A stretch of DNA of 64,000 bases from an uncultured Gammaproteobacteria bacterium. GTDB taxonomy: Bacteria; Pseudomonadota; Gammaproteobacteria; Arenicellales; JAANXG01. This document shows, one piece after another, positions 37,928 through 47,543 of this stretch; the stretch's first letter is position 1, and each line of letters opens with the position of its first letter. Both the position numbers and the translations under genes were made by a program. The notes beneath the pieces were generated by a model that saw nothing but the letters and a program-made list of their open reading frames with translations, was not told the DNA's origin and did not search any database. Location: contig CAMYNL010000005.1 in the NCBI GenBank assembly GCA_947259705.1, positions 48,012-112,011 of the forward strand. The letters are read 5' to 3'.

Positions 37928-39982
37928 TCAGGCGGCGAGCCCGCTGTGTCGGAGCAGGGCCTGCGGGCTCGGCTCTCGCCCCCGGAAGGCCCGGAACAGC
38001 TCCATGGGCTCACGGGTACCCCCCTGTTCCAGGATGTGATGCAGAAAAGCCTGGCCGGTATCGGGATTGAAGATCCCCTCCTCCTCGAAGCGGCTGAAGG
38101 CGTCCGCGGAGAGCACCTCGGCCCACTTGTAGCTGTAGTAGCCCGCAGCGTACCCGCCGGCGAATATGTGGGAGAAACTATTCTGGAACCTGTTGTAGTC
38201 CGGTGGCCGCACCACCGCCACCTCTTCCCTGACCGCATCCAGCAGGGCCTGTATGTCCTGCCTTTCCGCCGGGTCATAATCGCGGTGCAGGAGCATGTCG
38301 AACAGGGCAAACTCGATCTGACGGAGCATCTGCATCGCGGACTGGAAGTTCTTGGCCGCTTTCATCTTCGTGAGCAATTCATCCGGAAGCGGCTCGCCCG
38401 TTTCATGATGCCCGCCGATGATGTTCAAAGGCTCGCGCTCCCAGCACCAGTTCTCCATGAACTGGCTGGGCAGCTCCACTGCATCCCAGGCCACGCCGTT
38501 GATCCCGGCGACACCGACATAGTCCACCTTGGTCAGCATATGATGCAGGCCATGACCGAACTCGTGAAACATCGTCACTACTTCGTCGTGGGTAAGCAAT
38601 GCCGGGCGGTCGCCCACCGGGGGCGAAAAATTACAAACCAAAAATGCCACCGGCACCTGCACGCCGCTCGCGGCGCGCTTGCGGCTGATGCAATCCGCCA
38701 TCCAGGCCCCGCCGCGCTTGTGATCGCGCACGTATAGATCGACAAAGAAACGGCCGCGCACCTCGCCGGCGGCGTCGCGGATCTCGAAGAACTCCACGGA
38801 CGGATCCCAGGTCTCCCGGTCCGGCAGCGGCTGGATCCGCAGTCCGTACAGCCGCTGGACAATACCAAACATTCCCTGCAGCACCCGTGGCGCCGGGAAA
38901 TAGGGCCGAATATCCTCGTCGCTGAACTCGAACCGGGACCGGCGCAACTGCTCCGAGTAATAGGGCAGGTCCCACGGTTCGACCTGGCTGGCGCCGTTTT
39001 CATCGCGGGCGAAGGTTCTTACCTCCTCTAGCTCTCGTTCGGCGACAGGTTTCGCCCGCGCGGCCAGATCGCGCAGGAAATCCAGCACCTGCTTTGGGTC
39101 GTCCGCCATCTTGGTTTCCAGTGACACCTGGGCGTAATTATCGAATCCGAGCAGGCGCGCCGCCTCCTGCCGCAGCGACAGTATCCGCTGCATGAGCGGT
39201 GAATTGTCGAAATCACCAGCATTCGGGCCAAGCTCGCTGGCGCGCGTCACATAGGCGTCATACATCCGGCGCCGCAACTCGCCGCTTTTCGCGTTTATCA
39301 TGAAAGGCAGGTAGAAGGGGATATCCAGCCCGAATCGCCAGCCTTCCCGGCCGGCGCGCTGCGCCGCATGTTTTGCCATTTCCTTCACGCTGCCCGGTAC
39401 GCCGGCGAGGTCTGCCTCGTCGGTTATGTCCAGGTGCCACGCCTTGGTGGCGTCCAGCACGTTACGTTCGAAGCGGTTGCCGAGCTGCGCCAGCTCCTGG
39501 GAGATCTCCTTGAAGCGCTGCTTCTGCGCCGCCGGCAGTGCTACGCCGGCAAGGCGAAAATCGCGCAGCGCATTGTTGACGATCTTCTGCTGGGCCGGTT
39601 CCAGCGCAGCAAAAGCGGGGCTGTCGGCGATGCTTCGATAACCGTGATTAAGACTTTCGTTTTGCCCCAGTTCGGCCTGGTAGGCGGCCAGCTTGGGCAG
39701 GCAGGCCTCGTAGGCCTGGCGCAGCTCGGCGCTGTCGCGCACGGCATTGAGATGCGACACCGGCGCCCACAGGCGGGCGAGCCGCTCGTCGATATCTTCC
39801 AGCGGCTGCGCGAAGTTGTCCCAGTCGGCCTGCTCCACCTGCTGTTCCAGCTCCGCAATGCGCGCGCGGCTATCCGCCAGCACCTGGTCCAAGGCCTGCT
39901 CTACGTGTTCGGGGCGTATATCGTGGAAGCGCGGCAGACCGCTAAGATCGAGCAGGGGATTAACTGTGATGATACCGTTCAT
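37928..39982 (-). CDS. prlC: Oligopeptidase A (peptidase M3)
   Basis: 684 aa with HEFGHGLHH zinc motif and M3-family sequence throughout. Confidence 0.93.
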   Translation of the reverse strand: MNGIITVNPLLDLSGLPRFHDIRPEHVEQALDQVLADSRARIAELEQQVEQADWDNFAQPLEDIDERLARLWAPVSHLNAVRDSAELRQAYEACLPKLAAYQAELGQNESLNHGYRSIADSPAFAALEPAQQKIVNNALRDFRLAGVALPAAQKQRFKEISQELAQLGNRFERNVLDATKAWHLDITDEADLAGVPGSVKEMAKHAAQRAGREGWRFGLDIPFYLPFMINAKSGELRRRMYDAYVTRASELGPNAGDFDNSPLMQRILSLRQEAARLLGFDNYAQVSLETKMADDPKQVLDFLRDLAARAKPVAERELEEVRTFARDENGASQVEPWDLPYYSEQLRRSRFEFSDEDIRPYFPAPRVLQGMFGIVQRLYGLRIQPLPDRETWDPSVEFFEIRDAAGEVRGRFFVDLYVRDHKRGGAWMADCISRKRAASGVQVPVAFLVCNFSPPVGDRPALLTHDEVVTMFHEFGHGLHHMLTKVDYVGVAGINGVAWDAVELPSQFMENWCWEREPLNIIGGHHETGEPLPDELLTKMKAAKNFQSAMQMLRQIEFALFDMLLHRDYDPAERQDIQALLDAVREEVAVVRPPDYNRFQNSFSHIFAGGYAAGYYSYKWAEVLSADAFSRFEEEGIFNPDTGQAFLHHILEQGGTREPMELFRAFRGREPSPQALLRHSGLAA

Positions 39983-40062
39983 GCTTCGCCCGATTGGATT
40001 GCGGCGCGAAACTTTAGCACGTATTCTCGATTTTGAGTCAGCGCCGAAATAATACAGAAAGC

Positions 40063-41415
40063 ATGATTGATCATTATGACTACCTCGTTATCGGCGGCGG
40101 CAGCGGCGGAATTGCCTCCGCGCGTCGGGCAGCCGAACACGGCGCGCGTACTCTGCTGATCGAATCGGGGCGCATGGGCGGCACCTGTGTCAATGTCGGC
40201 TGTGTGCCGAAGAAGGTGATGTGGAACACCTCGCGGGTGGCCGAGGTGCTCCACGACGCTCCAGGCTATGGGTTTGACATCGGTGCCCCTCGGTTCGACT
40301 GGTCGGTCATCAAGGCGGCGCGCGACAACTATGTGGCGCGGCTCAACGGGATCTACCACCGCAACCTCGACACCGCGGGCGTCGCCAGGGTGACCGGTCG
40401 CGGTTGTTTCGTCGGCCCCCACACCGTAACGGTAGGCGATACCCAGTACCAGGCCGAACACATTCTGATCGCCACCGGTGGCCACCCGGACCTGCCGGAC
40501 ATTCCTGGCGTCGAAATGGGAATCACCAGCGACGGGTTTTTCGACCTGGACACCCAGCCGGCGCGGGCGGCCATCGTGGGTGGCGGCTACATCGCCACCG
40601 AGTTCGCCGGCCTGCTGAATGGGCTGGGGACCGAGGTCACCCAGGTATTGCGACACAACAGCCTGCTGCGCAACTTCGATCATGATCTGCACCACGTGGT
40701 GATGTCCCACATGGCGGAATCAGGCGTGCATTTCGAGACCCACTTTCATGCCGACCGCTTGGTGCGGGATGCCGATGGCAGCCTGCGCCTGCATGCCGGG
40801 GAGGGCCGTGTCCTAAGCGGCCTGGATTGCGTAGTCTGGGCCATCGGCCGGCGCCCCAATGTATCCGCGCTCGGATGCGAGGAAGCCGGTATCAGGCTCG
40901 ACGTACACGGCTTTGTGGCAACCGATGAGTACCAGAATACCAGCGTAGAAAGCGTATACGCGGTCGGAGACGTCACCGGGCGCGCAGCACTTACGCCGGT
41001 GGCCATCGCGGCCGGGCGCCACCTCGCTGACAGGCTGTTTGGCGGAAATAGTGAGGCCAGGCTGGAGTACGATAACATCCCCAGCGTGGTGTTCAGCCAC
41101 CCACCCATCGGCACCGTGGGCCACAGCGAGGAGCAGGCCGTAGAACGGTTCGGTGCACGCCGGGTAAAGGTCTATCGCAGCAGCTTCACCAACATGTATT
41201 ACTCGGTGCTCGAGCGCAAGGCGCCGACGCTGGTGAAGCTCGTGACCCTGGGCGAGGAGGAAAGGGTGGTGGGGTGTCACGTGGCGGGCGATTTCGCCGA
41301 CGAAATGATCCAGGGGTTTGCGGTAGCGGTGAAGATGGGCGCGACCAAGCACGACTTCGACAAAACGGTGGCGATCCATCCGACCGCAGCAGAGGAGCTG
41401 GTAACGCTGCGGTAG
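40063..41415 (+). CDS. gor: Glutathione-disulfide reductase
   Basis: [24 protein letters not shown], redox-active [13 protein letters not shown] and C-terminal [12 protein letters not shown]. The ATG at 40063 fits the family N-terminus (the ORF opens at 40033). Confidence 0.92.
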   Translation: MIDHYDYLVIGGGSGGIASARRAAEHGARTLLIESGRMGGTCVNVGCVPKKVMWNTSRVAEVLHDAPGYGFDIGAPRFDWSVIKAARDNYVARLNGIYHRNLDTAGVARVTGRGCFVGPHTVTVGDTQYQAEHILIATGGHPDLPDIPGVEMGITSDGFFDLDTQPARAAIVGGGYIATEFAGLLNGLGTEVTQVLRHNSLLRNFDHDLHHVVMSHMAESGVHFETHFHADRLVRDADGSLRLHAGEGRVLSGLDCVVWAIGRRPNVSALGCEEAGIRLDVHGFVATDEYQNTSVESVYAVGDVTGRAALTPVAIAAGRHLADRLFGGNSEARLEYDNIPSVVFSHPPIGTVGHSEEQAVERFGARRVKVYRSSFTNMYYSVLERKAPTLVKLVTLGEEERVVGCHVAGDFADEMIQGFAVAVKMGATKHDFDKTVAIHPTAAEELVTLR

Positions 41416-41594
41416 AGCGAAAACGCATGCCCAGCGACGACTTGAGTGTAGGGCCACTGCAGACGTCCGAGATCGAGCCGGGGCCGAGACAGGCGATCAC
41501 CCGGCCGCAAGGCGCCGCCCCAGAATAAGGTCGGCTTTGTCGTTTCAAGGCGCTTGCCACCCTCCGCGGTCGTTACCTGGCTGCGCGACCCCGG

Positions 41595-42476
41595 CTAATG
41601 ACCGGGCGGCGCCGGCTGCTCCGTCGCATCGGCAGCGTGGCCAAGCAGCCACTCCATGACCGCCGCGGTGGCGGGTCGCCTGCCGTGCCACAGCTGGAAC
41701 GATTCCGCCGCCTGTTCCACCAGCATGCCGAGTCCGTCCGCGACCTGGCTGGCCCCATGCGCCTCGGCCCAACGCATGAAAACAGTCGGGGCGTCGCCGT
41801 ACATCATGTCATAGGCCAGGGCGCCGGCCGCGAATACACCCTCCGGCAGCGGCGGCAGCTCGCCCTCCAGGCTCGCCGCGGTGCCATTGATCATCACGTC
41901 GAAACTGTGTCCGGCCAGTGCGTCGAATCCCGACGCGGTAACCTGACGCCGTGCGGCAAACAGCCTGGCCAGCGCCACTGCCTTGTCCACCGTGCGATTG
42001 GCGATGACCAACGCCGCCGGCGCCTCCTCCAGCAGCGGACCAAGCACGCCGCGCACTGCCCCCCCGGCACCGAGCACCAGCACCCGGCGCCCGCGCAGCG
42101 GGCAGCCCAGGTTCTGCGTGATGTCGCGGCGCAAGCCGGCACCGTCGGTGTTGTCACCGTAAAGCTCCTGACCGCGGAACGCGATGGTGTTGACCGCCCG
42201 GGCCTGGGCCGCGCGGTCGCTGTGGCGATCGCAGAGCTCGAATGCCTCCAGCTTGAATGGCACCGTGATGTTGAGCCCCTGCCCGCCATTGGCGCGGAAG
42301 CTGCTGACCGCCTGGGCGAATCCGCCGACGTCGACCTGGATGCGCCGGTATTCGATGCGCAAACCGAACTGCGCCGCGAACTGCAGGTGTATTTGCGGTG
42401 ACTTGCTATGCGACACGGGATTACCCATGACCGCATACAGGGCCGGCGGCCGCCCGAAGTCGAAAGGATCGGACAT
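41595..42476 (-). CDS. aroE: Shikimate dehydrogenase
   Basis: YAVMGNPVSHSKSPQIHLQFAAQFGL...GLNITVPFKLEAFELCD...VLVLGAGGAVRGVLGPLL. Confidence 0.9.
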   Translation of the reverse strand: MSDPFDFGRPPALYAVMGNPVSHSKSPQIHLQFAAQFGLRIEYRRIQVDVGGFAQAVSSFRANGGQGLNITVPFKLEAFELCDRHSDRAAQARAVNTIAFRGQELYGDNTDGAGLRRDITQNLGCPLRGRRVLVLGAGGAVRGVLGPLLEEAPAALVIANRTVDKAVALARLFAARRQVTASGFDALAGHSFDVMINGTAASLEGELPPLPEGVFAAGALAYDMMYGDAPTVFMRWAEAHGASQVADGLGMLVEQAAESFQLWHGRRPATAAVMEWLLGHAADATEQPAPPGH

Positions 42477-42538
42477 ATATCGTTACCGTGACAAGGGAGG
42501 TCCGCTATTATAAAGCCAGCCCAAGCGGACCAAGACCC

Positions 42539-43462
42539 ATGACCCTGACGGAACTCCGCTATGTCGTCGCGGTGGCCCGGGAACGACATTTCGGGCGCGC
42601 GGCGGAGAAGTGCTTCGTGAGCCAACCGACGCTCAGCGTGGCGGTAAGGAAACTCGAGGCAGAACTGGGCATCACCCTGTTCGAGCGGGGCACCCAGCAG
42701 ATCTATGTTACGGCGGCGGGCCAGCCCGTCATCGCCCAGGCACAAAGGATCCTGGAGGAGGTCCGGCATCTGGCTCGGCTGGCGGAGAGCGGCAGCGATC
42801 CTCTCAGCGGGCCGCTGCGCGTGGGTGCCATCCACACCGTCGGCCCCTATCTGTTCCCCGAACTCATCCCACGGATGAACCAGAAGGCGCCGCGCATGCC
42901 GCTGGTGGTCGAGGAGGGCTACACGGCCGAGCTACGGGAAAGGCTGCGACGAGGAGAGCTGGACGCGGCCATCATTGCGCTGCCCTTCCGGGACGCTGGC
43001 GTGACGGTAGTGCCCTTGTACCGGGAACCGTTCGTGGTATTGCTCCCCGCGTCCCACCCGCTCGCCGCCAAACAGGCCATCGGCAGGGGCGCACTGGCGA
43101 ACGAGAATGTCCTGCTGCTGGGGCCAGGACATTGCTTCCGCGAACAGGTGGTGGAGGCCTGTCCGGGCTGCGTGTCCAACCGCGAACCGCATTATGCGGT
43201 GGAAGGCAGTTCGCTGGAAACCATCCGTCACATGGTGGCATCGGGCCTGGGCATCACCATCGTCCCGTGCACCGCGGCCGGCGCCGACAAGTACTCGCGC
43301 CGTCTGCTCAGTGTGCGGCGCTTCGCGGGCAGGGCGCCGGCGCGCACCATTGCGCTCGCCTCCCGCACCGGGTTTCCGCGCAGCGAGGCACTGCACGCAC
43401 TGCGCGACGCGGTTCACCAGTGCAACCTGACCTGTGTGAGCCTGCTGGAGCCCGCGTCGTGA
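42539..43462 (+). CDS. oxyR: LysR-family hydrogen-peroxide sensor OxyR
   Basis: MTLTELRYVVAVARERHFGRAAEKCFVSQPTLSVAVRKLE, and the redox pair context LLGPGHCFREQVVEACPGC (equivalent to OxyR C199/C208). Confidence 0.85.
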   Translation: MTLTELRYVVAVARERHFGRAAEKCFVSQPTLSVAVRKLEAELGITLFERGTQQIYVTAAGQPVIAQAQRILEEVRHLARLAESGSDPLSGPLRVGAIHTVGPYLFPELIPRMNQKAPRMPLVVEEGYTAELRERLRRGELDAAIIALPFRDAGVTVVPLYREPFVVLLPASHPLAAKQAIGRGALANENVLLLGPGHCFREQVVEACPGCVSNREPHYAVEGSSLETIRHMVASGLGITIVPCTAAGADKYSRRLLSVRRFAGRAPARTIALASRTGFPRSEALHALRDAVHQCNLTCVSLLEPAS

Positions 43463-43529
43463 TCCGAGGGCCCGCTTCGACCCTCGGCTGTTCCGATTCC
43501 GCGCACGGGGCGACCGGCCCGGTGACGGG

Positions 43530-44792
43530 CTAGCGGTGGCGATCCTGTTCGGCGACCACCGATGCCGCCAGCCGTACGCACGCCTGCCGCGCCCGGGCAG
43601 CGTCATAGTAGAGCCCCAGCTTGTCGTATTGCTCACCGACCCCGCCAGGGGCGACGTTGGCGTCGTAATATCCTTCCCGAAAGGTGTCGTACAACTGCCG
43701 GGTCTTCCAGGGCCGGTGATACTGCCGCAGCCAGGTGATCGAAGGGCGCAGTTCGCCGAGCAGGGCTGCGGTCACCAGCTGGTCGATGGTGACGATCCCG
43801 GTTGAAAATCGTTTGCCGCGCGGCAGCGTCGACACGCTCATGTTCCAGGTATAAACCTCCAGCCCCGAAAGCAGCTTCTCGAGTTGAAATAGGGCCCGGT
43901 TGGCCGGGTCCACGGCATCCAGGTCGCGGTACAGCGCATGGTTGCGGTCGCGCCGGAAGCGCATCTCGAACACGGTGTCCAGCCATGGCGCGAACTTGTC
44001 CAGTTGCGTCTGCGGGCACTGCAGCAGCCAGAGTAGCGCGGTGTTCGGATAGTGCTGCAGGAAGTCTCCCAACGCCGCCTCGTGCGCTATCTTCAGCGCG
44101 TTGAGGCGGGCCAGCAGGTTCCCCAGCCGGTTGTTGGGGCGAAGGCGGTGCTGGTAGGCACCCTCGCCATACGGAAACCAGGGGGCGCCGTCCATCCGCC
44201 ACTGCAGGTGGCGGTAACGAGGGTGCAGCAAGGCGCGTTCGCGAAAACGCACGAACGCCTGCCGCTCAACGTCGTTGCTGGCCGGCGCATCGTGGGTGGA
44301 CCCGTAGAAGCCCGGCCAATGGTTGTCATCGGTCTGCTCGTAGTCGTAGCTCCCCCAAATGGGCCTCGGGCTGCGTCCGTGGCAGCTCAGGCAGATAGCG
44401 GGGTTCGGCCCTGAGAACGTTACCTCGTCGCCGAACTTGATCGAGTACAGTTCAAATTCGCGGCTGGCGGTGCGGAACTGGAGCACTTCGAGCTCATCGT
44501 AGCGGCGCTGCTGCGGGTGTCCGTTGAAGGTAAGCACCAGGGTGGCATCGCTGCCGAAAAGGATGGCCCTGGGATTGTCATGGTCGGCGCCCTGGAGGCT
44601 CTGGCTGCTGTAGGCCAGCGTAAAATTTCCGCGCAGGTCGACAGGCAGGCGGGCGACTACCGCCTCCACTGAGGTCAGGCCATGGTTCTGAATGAGGATC
44701 TTCAGGTCCTCGAAGGTCATGGCGCGGGCTGCCGAGACGGCCAGCAATACAGCCAGGCCGCCCAGCAGTCCTGCGATCAGCGGGCGCGACAT
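43530..44792 (-). CDS. Secreted protein of unknown function with one CXXCH haem-c motif
   Basis: 420 aa. Signal peptide MSRPLIAGLLGGLAVLLAVSAARA and a single CLSCH within SGPNPAICLSCHGRSPRPIWGSYDY. I recognise no family. It starts 43 nt after the Prx-Grx gene on the same strand. Confidence 0.6.
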   Translation of the reverse strand: MSRPLIAGLLGGLAVLLAVSAARAMTFEDLKILIQNHGLTSVEAVVARLPVDLRGNFTLAYSSQSLQGADHDNPRAILFGSDATLVLTFNGHPQQRRYDELEVLQFRTASREFELYSIKFGDEVTFSGPNPAICLSCHGRSPRPIWGSYDYEQTDDNHWPGFYGSTHDAPASNDVERQAFVRFRERALLHPRYRHLQWRMDGAPWFPYGEGAYQHRLRPNNRLGNLLARLNALKIAHEAALGDFLQHYPNTALLWLLQCPQTQLDKFAPWLDTVFEMRFRRDRNHALYRDLDAVDPANRALFQLEKLLSGLEVYTWNMSVSTLPRGKRFSTGIVTIDQLVTAALLGELRPSITWLRQYHRPWKTRQLYDTFREGYYDANVAPGGVGEQYDKLGLYYDAARARQACVRLAASVVAEQDRHR

Positions 44793-44834
44793 GGCTTTAT
44801 GTTAAACCACCCGCGCTCGCGGCCGAACCTCTGC

Positions 44835-45581
44835 TCAAGCTGCCCGGCGTTTGTCCAGATACGCCTGCAATTCGTCCGCGCCGCCTATGCGGACCCCGTC
44901 CATGAACACCTGGGGCACCGTATCCGCGCCGGCCACGGCCCGCACCGAGCGGACGGTGGCGTCGCGCCCCAGCACGATCTCCTCGTAGCCGATGCTCTGC
45001 TCCCGCAACAGCCGCTTGGCACGGGCGCAGTGCGGGCAGCCCGGCTTGGAGAAAATCGTCACGGGCGCCGGCTGCGCGACCCCCGGGGCGACATGCTGCA
45101 GCATGGTGTCGGCATCGGAGACCTCGAACGGGTCACCGGGCTTGTCGGGTTCGATGAACATGCGTTCGATCACGCCGTCGTCAACCAGCATGGAGTAGCG
45201 CCAGGAGCGTGGACCGAAGCCCAGGTCGCGCTTGTCCACCAGCATCCCCATGGCGGTAGTGAAATCGGCATTGCCGTCAGCGAGCATGAATACCCGGTCG
45301 GCGCCCTGGTCACGCTGCCAGGCCTCCATGACGAAGGCATCGTTGACCGAGACGCAGATCACCTCGTCGATGCCGTGTTCCCGGAAGGTGGGGACCAGTT
45401 CATTGTATCGGGGCAGGTGGCTGGCCGAGCAGGTGGGCGTGAATGCACCCGGCAGGGCGAACAGTACCACCTTCCTGCCGGCGAAAATGTCGGCGCTGGT
45501 CGCTTCGCGCCATTCGTCATTGTCGCGCAGCTTGAAAACGACCTCGGGTACGCGCTGGCCTTCTATGCTCTTCATCGTCAT
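44835..45581 (-). CDS. Hybrid peroxiredoxin-glutaredoxin (Prx5-type Prx fused to Grx, PGdx-like)
   Basis: N-terminal VVLFALPGAFTPTCSASHLPRY (Prx5 peroxidatic Cys) and C-terminal VTIFSKPGCPHCARAKRLL...VPQVFMDGVRIGG (Grx). Confidence 0.9.
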   Translation of the reverse strand: MTMKSIEGQRVPEVVFKLRDNDEWREATSADIFAGRKVVLFALPGAFTPTCSASHLPRYNELVPTFREHGIDEVICVSVNDAFVMEAWQRDQGADRVFMLADGNADFTTAMGMLVDKRDLGFGPRSWRYSMLVDDGVIERMFIEPDKPGDPFEVSDADTMLQHVAPGVAQPAPVTIFSKPGCPHCARAKRLLREQSIGYEEIVLGRDATVRSVRAVAGADTVPQVFMDGVRIGGADELQAYLDKRRAA

Positions 45582-45680
45582 CGCTTTTCTCCAGTAGGTT
45601 TAAGAGGTTACGGAGAGTAGTGTCCACCAGCGCGGACTATATATCTAATTGATTATTTATTAATATTTGATAGTTTTTAA

Positions 45681-46934
45681 CTATTTGCTCCACGGCATTG
45701 ACTCCGGCCCCCAGAGCTCCTCGATGGTCTCCCGACGCCGCACCACGACGTAACGGTCGCCATCGACCAGCACCTCGGGCGGCCGCGGCCGGCTATTGTA
45801 GTTGGAACTCATCACCCAGCCGTAGGCTCCGGCACCCATGACCGCCAGCACGTCGCCCTGCTCAATGGCCAGCAGTCTTTCGGTGCCGAGGATGTCACCG
45901 GTTTCACAAACCGGGCCCACCACGTCATAGCACCGGGCGTCGGCGCCGCCCCCGCCCCGAATCGAGACGATGTCCTGCCAGGCGTCGTAGAGCGCAGGTC
46001 GCAGCAGGTCGTTCATGCCGGCGTCGACAACGGCAAAGTTTTTCCGGGCGTTCGACTTCAGGTACTCCACCCGCGTCAGCAGCACGCCTGCCTCACCGAC
46101 GATTGAACGCCCGGGCTCCAGGGTGATCGACAACCGGCGACCGGATTGCCCGACCGCCTCCACCAAGCCACTCACGTACTCGTTGATATCCGGCGGCAAC
46201 TCGTCACGATAGCGGATGCCCAGGCCGCCGCCGAGATCGAGGTGGGTCACCGGGATGTCGGCGGCGGCCAGGTCCCCGACCAGTTCCAGCAGTCGACCTA
46301 CCGCGTCCAGGAAAGGATCCATCGACAGGATCTGTGAACCGATGTGACTGGCGACACCCGTGATCGAGATCCCCGGCATCCCCGCCGCCTGCATGTAGGC
46401 GGCCAGGGCCTGGTTCATGGCGATGCCGAACTTGGCTTCGGTCAGACCGGTAGCGATATAAGGGTGGGTGGCGGCGTCCACGTCAGGATTCACCCGGATC
46501 GCCACCGGGGCCTGCACACCCAGCTCTTCCGCCACCGCCCCCAACCGCGCCAACTCCGCTAACGACTCCACGTCGAAGCAGCGTATCCCGACCGTCAAGG
46601 CGCGCCGCATCTCATCGGCCCGCTTGGCTACCCCGGAGAACACCACACTGTGCGCGTCACCCCCGGCCCGCAGCACGCGTTCGAGTTCGCCGACCGAGAC
46701 GATGTCGAAACCGGACCCAAGCTGCGCAAGCAGCCTGAGTACGGAGAGGTTGGAGTTGGCCTTGACGGCATAGCAGATATGATGCGGATGATCCGCAAAG
46801 GCGCTGTCATAGGCACGCCAGCGCTGCTCGATCCCAGCGCGTGAATAGACGTAACATGGCGTACCGACTTCCGCGGCAATCAGCTCGAGCGGGACATCCT
46901 CGGCATACAGCTTTTGGTCACGCCGGTTAAACAT
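45681..46934 (-). CDS. lysA: Diaminopimelate decarboxylase
   Basis: 417 aa: ICYAVKANSNLSVLRLL (PLP lysine), GGGLGIRY, CETGDILG. Confidence 0.93.
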   Translation of the reverse strand: MFNRRDQKLYAEDVPLELIAAEVGTPCYVYSRAGIEQRWRAYDSAFADHPHHICYAVKANSNLSVLRLLAQLGSGFDIVSVGELERVLRAGGDAHSVVFSGVAKRADEMRRALTVGIRCFDVESLAELARLGAVAEELGVQAPVAIRVNPDVDAATHPYIATGLTEAKFGIAMNQALAAYMQAAGMPGISITGVASHIGSQILSMDPFLDAVGRLLELVGDLAAADIPVTHLDLGGGLGIRYRDELPPDINEYVSGLVEAVGQSGRRLSITLEPGRSIVGEAGVLLTRVEYLKSNARKNFAVVDAGMNDLLRPALYDAWQDIVSIRGGGGADARCYDVVGPVCETGDILGTERLLAIEQGDVLAVMGAGAYGWVMSSNYNSRPRPPEVLVDGDRYVVVRRRETIEELWGPESMPWSK

Positions 46935-46999
46935 GGGTTCGATTAGCTGCCGCGCGGCCGCACCATGCTAGGTATCGGGTGCCTGCCCGCGGGGTGGGA

Positions 47000-47212
47000 C
47001 TAGTAGCTGGTCGGGGCGGCCTTCTTCTCGTCCTTCGGTTCGGGACTGGTCTGGTCCGGCGTAGGCAGGAGGCTTTCCTGGGCCGGTTGCGTTTTCTCGT
47101 ACGTATCCGGCAAATACAGCGGGCCCTTCTGCCCACAGGCCGCCACCAGCAACGTGGCGCTGACAGCAGCCGATACGGCCAGGGTGCGGCCGTGGCGAGG
47201 TCTAATCAGCAT
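47000..47212 (-). CDS. lptM: Small LPS-assembly lipoprotein LptM (YifL/LppL family)
   Basis: MLIRPRHGRTLAVSAAVSATLLVAACGQKGPLYLP followed by a Pro/Glu/Lys-rich tail. CGxKGPLYLP is the family signature and the position upstream of lysA is conserved. GAGG precedes the ATG at 47212 (the ORF opens with TTG at 47263). Confidence 0.8.
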   Translation of the reverse strand: MLIRPRHGRTLAVSAAVSATLLVAACGQKGPLYLPDTYEKTQPAQESLLPTPDQTSPEPKDEKKAAPTSY

Positions 47213-47263
47213 TGGACCCCGCCTCATCGGCGTCTCGCTTGGACGGTACAACACGACGTTCAA

Positions 47264-47491
47264 TCATTCCCATTCCCCTTCCAGGTGGCAAAAGCTTGCC
47301 ACCTCTTCACACTTAGGACAAGCAATTTCGCTGGCGTCATCATCCAGCAGCTCAACATCCTCGTCATAACAAAGGCTGCAATGAGACTGCTCACCCGCCT
47401 GCAGCCAGTTGCTGCCTCCCGACCGGCAGTGGCGGCAATGGAACACGCGCGGCACGTGCCCAGCCTTGCCGCCGCCGCCGACAGGGGTCAC
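47264..47491 (-). CDS. Small zinc-ribbon-like protein (75 aa, three CxxC pairs), unknown function
   Basis: FHCRHCRSGGSNWLQAGEQSHCSLCYDEDVELLDDDASEIACPKCEEVASFCH. It is wedged between argH and lptM on the same strand. Confidence 0.45.
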   Translation of the reverse strand: MTPVGGGGKAGHVPRVFHCRHCRSGGSNWLQAGEQSHCSLCYDEDVELLDDDASEIACPKCEEVASFCHLEGEWE

Positions 47492-47543
47492 TTCCTCCCC
47501 GACTGGCAGTGATCACACTGGAATCGGCGGTATGCCCCCATGA

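Noticed and set aside
46979-47512. A 177-aa + strand ORF opposite lptM and the zinc-ribbon ORF, considered as the cyaY (frataxin) gene expected near lptM/lysA.
   Set aside because: The translation has no resemblance to CyaY as I recall it and is Arg/Gly/Leu-rich shadow sequence.
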